DNA from: Methanosarcinales archaeon
Lineage (GTDB): Archaea; Halobacteriota; Syntropharchaeia; Alkanophagales; Methanospirareceae
Assembly (NCBI GenBank): GCA_030611045.1
Contig: JAUWQN010000001.1
Location: forward strand, 1,484 to 65,483
Length of the DNA stretch: 64,000 nucleotides
Reading direction: 5' to 3'
Below, piece after piece: positions 57,736-64,000 of the stretch. The notes under the pieces were generated by a model, which saw nothing but the letters and a program-made list of their open reading frames with translations, had not been told where the DNA came from and searched no databases. Numbering within the stretch: the stretch's first letter is position 1; each line of letters begins with the position of its first letter. Made by a program: the position numbers and the translations under genes.

Positions 57736-58004
57736 ACCCTTCTTGTAACTTTCAATTTATTCTTAATTCCTTCGTCAATCCAATTCTTTAGGAGAAGGTT
57801 AGAGCTAACGCCCTCTTCAAGTGCTATCTCCATCACCGATCTCAAACGATCCTCTCCCAACGGAATAACCAAAACACCTTTCTCACGTGTAAATGTAACT
57901 TGGACCTCCTCGTCTTCCATATCCTCAAAATATTCTGCAGAATCGTGAGTATCCCAAAATTCCCGTCTCTCCTCTTCCGTCCTAAATCTTGGAATTTGTC
58001 TCAT
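57732..58004 (-). CDS. BrnA-like / CopG-family type II antitoxin-like protein
   Basis: 90 aa. 'RTEEERREFWDTHDSAEYFEDM...VLVIPLGEDRLRSVMEIALEEGVSSNLLLKNWIDEGI' matches the BrnA-type antitoxin signature (EFWDTHDS + RHH). Confidence 0.5.
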   Translation of the reverse strand: MRQIPRFRTEEERREFWDTHDSAEYFEDMEDEEVQVTFTREKGVLVIPLGEDRLRSVMEIALEEGVSSNLLLKNWIDEGIKNKLKVTRRV

Positions 58005-58025
58005 AATAATTTTTAGAAATTAATT

Positions 58026-59204
58026 TCAAAGCGTTGTGGATATTACCCTTTTCGCTGCCTCCAATCCCTTACCTTCCTCTTCTATAAACTCATTTTCAAT
58101 CAATACCTGTTCTAATACCTCGACAGTCCTCAAAATTTCCGTGCTTGTTATATTCCCCATTGAGGCTATCCGGAAGATCTTACCTTTCAATTCTCCCTGC
58201 CCTCCTGATACGACTACACCCTTTTTCCGCATACCGCCCCGCAGTTGCTCATCGGTGATGCCATTCTCCAATGGCATGTTTATCGCAGTAACGGTGTTCG
58301 AGTAATCGCTTACCTCGTTTAGCTTCGGGAATAAGCTCAGCCCCAAGCTCGTAACTGCCGCTCGAATCGACTTTGACAGTGTTCTGTGTCTTTTTACCCT
58401 TTTTTCCATGCCTTCCTCTCGTATCACCGCTAAAGCTTCATGTAGCGCGAAGAACAGAGGTAAAGCCGGAGTGTAAGGTGTTTGTTTCTTCTTATAACTC
58501 TTCTTATACGCAATAAGGTCCTGATAATAAGGTCTGCTTGGGTTTTCCTGAATTAACTCCCACGCCTTATCGCTAATTGAGAGTGCTGCCAATCCTGGCG
58601 GCATACCCAGACATTTCTGCGAGCCAACAATCGCGATATCCACCCCCAACTCGTCCACTGGAACGTCATCACCGCCTATTGACGTGATGCAATCGAGCAC
58701 GAAAATAGCATCGTGCTTCTTCGCAAGTTTCCCCACTTCCTTTGCAGGATTGAGCATGCCGATGGAGGTTTCATTATGCGCCATCGTAACGACCTTAGGA
58801 TTGGGACTATTCTCCAAAGCTTCCTTTACCCGTTCTAAATCTATCGAGTGTCCCCATTCGAAATGAACAGGTGTAACATCCGCGCCATATCGTTCCGCAA
58901 TCTCTGTAAATCGCTCGCCAAATTTGCCGTTTGCTATCGTTACACATCCTCGCTCCGTTTTCCCTGCGCCATTCGGTCTCGCGATAAGATTCCCTATAGC
59001 TGCTTCCATTGCGCATGTCCCTGACCCGCTGAGCACGAAGAGGTCATTCCTCGTTTGAAATATGTTCTTAAGGTTCTCGACGATCTCGCCGTACATCTGT
59101 GAGAATTCGTCTCCTCGGTGGGATATCATCGGCTTTGCCATCGCTTCTCGAATACGTGGTATCACAGGTACCGGTCCCGGGATCATTAACAACTCTTCTT
59201 CCAT
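58026..59204 (-). CDS. class V aminotransferase (serine-glyoxylate/alanine-glyoxylate/phosphoserine aminotransferase-like)
   Basis: The ORF opens at 59393, but the first 63 codons are low-complexity and hydrophobic. The plausible start is 'MEEELLMIPGPVPV' at 59204. PLP-Lys context 'GSQKCLGMPPG' and 'DCITSIGG'. Confidence 0.8.
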   Translation of the reverse strand: MEEELLMIPGPVPVIPRIREAMAKPMISHRGDEFSQMYGEIVENLKNIFQTRNDLFVLSGSGTCAMEAAIGNLIARPNGAGKTERGCVTIANGKFGERFTEIAERYGADVTPVHFEWGHSIDLERVKEALENSPNPKVVTMAHNETSIGMLNPAKEVGKLAKKHDAIFVLDCITSIGGDDVPVDELGVDIAIVGSQKCLGMPPGLAALSISDKAWELIQENPSRPYYQDLIAYKKSYKKKQTPYTPALPLFFALHEALAVIREEGMEKRVKRHRTLSKSIRAAVTSLGLSLFPKLNEVSDYSNTVTAINMPLENGITDEQLRGGMRKKGVVVSGGQGELKGKIFRIASMGNITSTEILRTVEVLEQVLIENEFIEEEGKGLEAAKRVISTTL

Positions 59205-59308
59205 TTTAATCGCACTATTTTTTTCTTTAAAGCATATAAAAGCCTGACCCTTAGCTTTTATTTTAATTTTATTTATACTGATAACATAATAAATGAATAG
59301 GTGAATAG

Positions 59309-61510
59309 ATGGGAAACGAAGAAGGGAAAGACAAATCAGTGATATTACGGGTAGCCGAGGCGTATCATCGAGATGCAGGTAGATGGATAGCACGAATGGA
59401 TACGGAGACGATGCGAGCGCTGGGGCTCATACCCGGAGATGTAGTAGAGATAGAGGGTAGGAGTATTGCCACCGCTATTGTGCATCCCGCATATTCACCG
59501 GATAGTGGTAAGTCAATCATACGCGTAGATGGCAATATAAGAAACAATGCTGGCGTCGCCATAGATGATAAGGTGAGAGTGAAGCAGACAAAGGCGAAAG
59601 GTGCAAAAAGAATCACGCTTGCGCCTACACAACCGATAAGAATTGCCGGTGGCGAACGATACTTGTTAAGCAGATTGAAAGGGGTGCCAATTACCAAAGG
59701 GCAAATCATAAGGATTGAATTGTTGGGCAAACCTGTTTCTTTTGTCGTTACTAATACCGTACCCGCGGGCACGGCAATTCCAAATATAGATACGGAGATT
59801 GTGCTTCGTAAGGCGAGGGAAGAGAAGATAGGCGTTCCTCATGTGACTTATGAGGACATCGGTGGACTGAAGCGGGAGATAGGACTGATACGGGAGATGA
59901 TAGAATTACCGCTTCGGCATCCTGAACTGTTCGAGCGGCTGGGGATAGAGCCTCCAAAAGGTGTTCTCCTGCACGGACCGCCGGGAACCGGGAAGACATT
60001 GATAGCGAAAGCAGTGGCAAATGAGACCGATGCCAATTTCCATTCGATTTCTGGTCCTGAGATAATGAGCAAATTCTATGGGGAAAGTGAACGACATTTG
60101 CGAGATATATTTGAGGAAGCGGAAAAGAACGCTCCTTCTATTATTTTTATTGATGAGTTGGATTCAATAGCGCCGAAGCGGGGAGAGACAACCGGAGAAG
60201 TGGAAAGAAGAGTAGTCGCACAGCTCCTCTCTTTAATGGATGGTCTTGAATCGCGTGGGCAGGTGGTTGTAATCGGTGCTACGAACAGAGTCAATGCACT
60301 TGATGAGGCATTGAGAAGAGGAGGTCGTTTCGACCGAGAGGTAGAGATCGGCATCCCGGATAGGAATGGTCGTGAAGAGATTCTGGAGGTGCATACGCGG
60401 GGAATGCCACTTGCGGAAGATGTAAATCTAAAAGAAGTCGCAACTCTCACGCATGGATTTGTCGGTGCGGACCTCACGACGTTATGTAAAGAAGCTGCTA
60501 TGCATGCAATCCGGAAAATACTACCGGAGATAGACATAGAGAAGGATATACCGCCAGAAGTGATGGAGCAGTTGACCGTTTCAAAGTACGATTTCAGTGA
60601 AGCGTTAAAAAATACAGAGCCTTCTGCGCTAAGGGAGGTATTTGTAGAAGTGCCGAATGTGAAGTGGGATGACGTAGGTGGCTTGGAACATGTGAAACAG
60701 GAATTAAAGGAGGTGGTGGAGTGGCCACTCAAATATGCTGAGGTGTTTTCTCAGTTAAATACAAAGCCGCCAAAAGGTATCCTTCTGTTTGGACCACCGG
60801 GTACCGGAAAGACGATGCTGGCAAAGGCAGTGGCAAATGAGAGTGAGGCAAATTTCATCTCGATTAAAGGACCAGAGCTCTTGTCGAAGTGGGTGGGAGA
60901 ATCAGAGAAAGCGGTTCGTGAGATTTTCAGAAAGGCGAAGCAAGCTGCTCCCTGTATAATCTTCCTGGATGAGATAGATTCAATCGCGCCGGTACGAGGT
61001 ATGGGTTATGACTCGCATGTAACAGAGCGCGTCGTTTCACAGATATTAATCGAGATGGACGGATTGGAGGAGTTGGAGGATGTAATCGTTATAGCGGCGA
61101 CAAACAGACCTGATATGGTGGATCCCGCATTGCTCAGACCTGGCAGGCTTGATAGATTGATATACCTACAAATACCGGATAAAGAAGCGAGGCAGAGAAT
61201 CTTCGAGGTTCACCTAAGAGGTAAACCCCTTGGAGAGGATGTAGCTATGGAAGATCTTGTGAAGATGACTGAAAAATATGTCGGTGCAGATATAGCGGCA
61301 ATCATTAAAGAAGCGGTAATGGCTGCTTTGCGTGAGTTCCTCGCTTCTGGAATAACTGAGGAATACATGGAAGATGCCGTAAAGAACATCGTAGTAAAGA
61401 AGCAGCATTTTGAAGCCGCTATTAAGGGCGTGAAGCCGGCTACAACCCCTAAAGCACAACAGGAGTTTGAAGAGAAAGTGGAGGATTGGGTGAAACATGC
61501 TTATGCGTAA
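59309..61510 (+). CDS. cdc48: CDC48/VCP-like AAA+ ATPase (two AAA domains, N-terminal CDC48 domain)
   Basis: 733 aa. Two Walker A 'GPPGTGKT' and two Walker B 'IIFIDELD'/'IIFLDEID' motifs, SRH regions, N-terminal double-psi barrel domain. Confidence 0.9.
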   Translation: MGNEEGKDKSVILRVAEAYHRDAGRWIARMDTETMRALGLIPGDVVEIEGRSIATAIVHPAYSPDSGKSIIRVDGNIRNNAGVAIDDKVRVKQTKAKGAKRITLAPTQPIRIAGGERYLLSRLKGVPITKGQIIRIELLGKPVSFVVTNTVPAGTAIPNIDTEIVLRKAREEKIGVPHVTYEDIGGLKREIGLIREMIELPLRHPELFERLGIEPPKGVLLHGPPGTGKTLIAKAVANETDANFHSISGPEIMSKFYGESERHLRDIFEEAEKNAPSIIFIDELDSIAPKRGETTGEVERRVVAQLLSLMDGLESRGQVVVIGATNRVNALDEALRRGGRFDREVEIGIPDRNGREEILEVHTRGMPLAEDVNLKEVATLTHGFVGADLTTLCKEAAMHAIRKILPEIDIEKDIPPEVMEQLTVSKYDFSEALKNTEPSALREVFVEVPNVKWDDVGGLEHVKQELKEVVEWPLKYAEVFSQLNTKPPKGILLFGPPGTGKTMLAKAVANESEANFISIKGPELLSKWVGESEKAVREIFRKAKQAAPCIIFLDEIDSIAPVRGMGYDSHVTERVVSQILIEMDGLEELEDVIVIAATNRPDMVDPALLRPGRLDRLIYLQIPDKEARQRIFEVHLRGKPLGEDVAMEDLVKMTEKYVGADIAAIIKEAVMAALREFLASGITEEYMEDAVKNIVVKKQHFEAAIKGVKPATTPKAQQEFEEKVEDWVKHAYA

Positions 61511-61543
61511 ACTAATAATGATAGTAGGAGTAATGAACTAAAA

Positions 61544-62269
61544 ATGGGGAAGCATCAAAAAAGGATAGCTGCACCTCGTAGCTGGAAAATAGAGAGAAAA
61601 ACATCATACTGGGCGGTTAACCCAACACCGGGACCGCATCCAAAGGATAGAAGCATGCCCTTGCTTTTAATTGTGCGGGACATGCTGAAGTTAGCGGACA
61701 ATAGTAGAGAGGCAAAGCGGATATTGAACGAAGGCAAAGTAATCGTCAATGGCAAAGTAAGGAAAGACCATAAGTTCCCGGTAGGCATCTTTGATATTCT
61801 TTCCATTCCTCTTCTAAAGGCTAATTATATGGTGCTCTTGGACAGGAAGGATAAGTTATCACTGGTGGAAATAGAGGAAGAAGCGGCATCGAAGAAGCTG
61901 TGCAGGGTGAATGGGAAGAGAATGATAGGTGAGGGTGCGATACAATTGAACTTGCATGACGGTCGAAACATCCTCCCCGGAGAGTCCGGCGCGGACATAA
62001 ACACGCGTGACTCATTGCTGATTTCCATTCCCGATAATAAGATATTGCAGCACTTTGCGTATAAAGAGGGGTGTAAAGTGGTAGTGATTGGCGGGAAGCA
62101 CTCAGCCCAGACAGGCGAAATAGAGGAGATACGGATAGTGCAAAGTTCGCAGCCAAATGTCGTGCGGATAAAAGCCACAGAAGGTGAAGAGAGCTTTGAG
62201 AGCCGCGAGGATTCCTTATTCGTAGTGGGCGAGGAAAAAATCGAGGTGCCAGGATTAGGTATAGCATAA
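61544..62269 (+). CDS. rps4e: 30S ribosomal protein S4e
   Basis: 241 aa. 'MGKHQKRIAAPRSWKIERKTSYWAVNPTPGPH' canonical S4e N-terminus, KOW region. Confidence 0.9.
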   Translation: MGKHQKRIAAPRSWKIERKTSYWAVNPTPGPHPKDRSMPLLLIVRDMLKLADNSREAKRILNEGKVIVNGKVRKDHKFPVGIFDILSIPLLKANYMVLLDRKDKLSLVEIEEEAASKKLCRVNGKRMIGEGAIQLNLHDGRNILPGESGADINTRDSLLISIPDNKILQHFAYKEGCKVVVIGGKHSAQTGEIEEIRIVQSSQPNVVRIKATEGEESFESREDSLFVVGEEKIEVPGLGIA

Positions 62270-62332
62270 ATCAGGGCTATTTGGTATTATTAAACAAAAC
62301 ACCGGAAGCATCCAAGAAAGGAGAGTAAGGAA

Positions 62333-62851
62333 ATGACAGAAAACCCGATGAGGAGAATAGAAGTGGATAAGGTAGTGATAAACATGAGTGTGGGCGAAAG
62401 TGGCGAGAAGTTAGCAAAGGCGGAGAAGCTGTTGGATTCCATTGCGGGTCAGAAATCGATTAAGAGAACAGCGAAGCGAACCCTCCAGCCATTTAGTATA
62501 AAGAAAGGCGAAGCCATTGCGTGTAAAGTCACGTTACGAGGAGATCGTGCACGTGATTTCCTCAAACGCTGTTTTAAGATACAGAACAGACTTTTTAAGA
62601 GCCAATTTGACACGTACGGTAATTTTTCATTTGGTGTTGCAGAGCATACTGACTTTGGCATCCGTTACGACCCGAAGGTGGGCATATATGGGATGGACAT
62701 TTGCGCATCGTTAAAGCGGCCGGGGTATAGGATACAGGAGCGGAAGCTGCAAAAGAAGAAGCTGCCACAGAAGCAGAGAATAAACAGAGCGGACGTATTT
62801 AGTTTTCTTGAGGACGAGTATGGCTTAGAGCTGGTGGAGGACGTAATGTAA
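62333..62851 (+). CDS. rpl5: 50S ribosomal protein L5 (uL5)
   Basis: 172 aa. 'NPMRRIEVDKVVINMSVGESG', 'KVTLRGDRARDFL', 'GNFSFGVAEHTDF', 'YDPKVGIYGMDI'. Confidence 0.85.
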   Translation: MTENPMRRIEVDKVVINMSVGESGEKLAKAEKLLDSIAGQKSIKRTAKRTLQPFSIKKGEAIACKVTLRGDRARDFLKRCFKIQNRLFKSQFDTYGNFSFGVAEHTDFGIRYDPKVGIYGMDICASLKRPGYRIQERKLQKKKLPQKQRINRADVFSFLEDEYGLELVEDVM

Positions 62852-62888
62852 CCTTTCTCGGCTTGCCGTTCTTCATTTTGGACTAAAA

Positions 62889-62943
62889 CAATAGAATAGA
62901 GTAGAATAGAGTAGAGTAGAAAGAAGATAAGATAAGATAAGAT
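62889..62943 (+). repeat. short tandem repeats (AATAGAGTAG-like x3; AGATAAG x4) in intergenic region
   Basis: 'caatagaatagagtagaatagagtagagtagaaagaagataagataagataagatc' lies directly upstream of the 62945 ORF. Confidence 0.5.
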
Positions 62944-62944
62944 C

Positions 62945-63784
62945 ATGCACATCGGCGTTATTACCTGTGAGATTTTAAGAAAAGAAATAAAGGTCGTGAT
63001 TAGAGAAACCGGTGTGAAAGAGCTTTTTTTTGTGCTGCCCGACACCGCTAATTCAGTGACTATCGTACTGTATCAGCGAGTGATTGCGCGATTTTCGAGC
63101 GAGTTCGCTGATGACGGGTTCGTATTAAAGGCGCAGACATTGGAGAAGATAAAGAAGGAGATCCGAGAGCGTGACCTCACGGATTCAGTGATTATTAAGG
63201 TGCTGGAGTTGCGAATGCATGATTACCCAGACGTACTGCTGACCGAGATCGAGGAAGGCATAAAGAAAATGAGTTCGATGGTGGCTTTTTTTATCTTGGG
63301 ATACGGGCTGTGCGGCAGCACCACGGAAGCACTGGAGCGCGTAATCAGAGAGGCACCTGTGCCGGTTGTCATCCCAAGAGACAGCAAAGACAAAGACGGA
63401 GCGATATTGAACAATTGCATAGAGATTGCGCTTGGGAGAGAGACAGTACAGTCACTGCTTAGCGAAGAAGTAGGGACGTTTTTTATGACCCCTGCTGGGG
63501 CAGCGATCATAAAAGAGCCGCAGGTAATTTTAGAATCTTCTACCAATATCATGGCCGGGCGGATGAACACCTATGCTGTTGGTGACACGAAGCGCATCAT
63601 CCAGCTCATGCGGAACCATTACAACCGTGTGGTGAAGGTCTGGTATTCCGAAGCGGACAAGAAGGACGAGGAATACGCAGAAACGATTAAAAACTTTGCT
63701 AAAAAATTTAATTTAGAAATAAAAACAGTGAAAGGGTCTTCGAAGATCCTGTGTGAGGCGTTGGAGAAATTAAAAATCGAATAA
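62945..63784 (+). CDS. hypothetical protein
   Basis: 279 aa ORF with no recognised motif. Confidence 0.35.
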   Translation: MHIGVITCEILRKEIKVVIRETGVKELFFVLPDTANSVTIVLYQRVIARFSSEFADDGFVLKAQTLEKIKKEIRERDLTDSVIIKVLELRMHDYPDVLLTEIEEGIKKMSSMVAFFILGYGLCGSTTEALERVIREAPVPVVIPRDSKDKDGAILNNCIEIALGRETVQSLLSEEVGTFFMTPAGAAIIKEPQVILESSTNIMAGRMNTYAVGDTKRIIQLMRNHYNRVVKVWYSEADKKDEEYAETIKNFAKKFNLEIKTVKGSSKILCEALEKLKIE

Positions 63785-63918
63785 TCGGTAAAGGTGAAAA
63801 GGACAAATGTAACATTCTCTTTCATGTATTCTCAGGATAACTTTTCTAAAAGGTTTGTAAAGGCTTTTGTTTGCAGAAGGGTTTTTGTAAAAAAACCGTT
63901 GACTAAAAAGTAGGTACC

Positions 63919-64000
63919 ATGATCTCGATAGAAGCAGCGTTTGAACTGATGGAAAGCGAGGTAGAAACCGATGCTTTACGGAAGCACATGCTCGCCGTTT
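63919..64000 (+). CDS. partial CDS (5' end only), possible HD-domain phosphohydrolase
   Basis: 'MISIEAAFELMESEVETDALRKHMLAV...' resembles the N-terminus of HD/HDIG proteins ('...L.KH.LAV'). Truncated by the window edge. Confidence 0.3.
   Translation, partial: MISIEAAFELMESEVETDALRKHMLAV

Noticed and set aside
59205-59393. 63-codon 5' extension of the class V aminotransferase ORF
   Set aside because: Hydrophobic, low-complexity translation of an AT-rich divergent promoter region. The conserved aminotransferase N-terminus starts at 'MEEELLMIPGP' (59204).

Overview
This is a densely coding archaeal chromosomal segment of about 47% GC, most consistent with a methanogen or ANME lineage. Likely transcription units with translationally coupled or overlapping genes run throughout.

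Core methanogenesis content:
- A complete tetrahydromethanopterin S-methyltransferase operon mtrEDCBAFGH on the minus strand (26849-31968), ending in a hairpin plus U-run terminator.
- Divergent from it, a plus-strand cluster of methyl-coenzyme M reductase (MCR) activation 'methanogenesis marker' genes: Mmp3-like, Mmp17-like and Mmp7 (McrC paralog) at 32267-35227.
- A second, stand-alone McrC-like gene at 18551-19150.

Housekeeping and metabolism:
- AMP-forming acetyl-CoA synthetase with a GNAT acetyltransferase immediately downstream.
- Cobamide genes: a CobD-like aminotransferase, and CobT overlapping a TrpD-family gene and a Zn-dependent dehydrogenase.
- A sufCB, half-ferritin, iron-sulfur flavoprotein and AfpA-like redox operon.
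- A WtpABC/ModABC-type ABC transporter whose binding protein ends in a PGF-CTERM sorting signal.
- MfnB (methanofuran), RpiA, a fused PyrK-PyrD, QueC, a LarA-family protein, RsmA, GGGP synthase, RFC large subunit with a C-terminal PIP box, Mre11 without Rad50, ThrC, a class V aminotransferase, and CDC48.

RNA genes and genome organisation:
- An orphan 5S rRNA (52700-52830, +) and a tRNA, probably Gln(TTG) (53146-53218, -).
- The ribosomal spc cluster is fragmented: L19e-L18-S5-L30 at 36-38 kb on the minus strand, and S4e-L5 at 61.5-62.9 kb on the plus strand.

Unusual or accessory content:
- A three-gene module next to the mtr operon: a CbbQ/NorQ-like AAA+ ATPase, a roughly 37-aa helical-repeat protein with a C-terminal HExxH, and a NorD/CbbO-like vWA protein.
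- Two tandemly duplicated U32-family-like genes, translationally coupled to a small Cys-rich protein and clustered with the stand-alone McrC-like gene and a SAM methyltransferase.
- A truncated rve-type transposase remnant.
- A remnant of a surface beta-helix protein gene.
- An archaeal histone with a lysine-rich C-terminal tail.
- A BrnA-like antitoxin with no toxin partner.

No CRISPR array or cas genes were seen.
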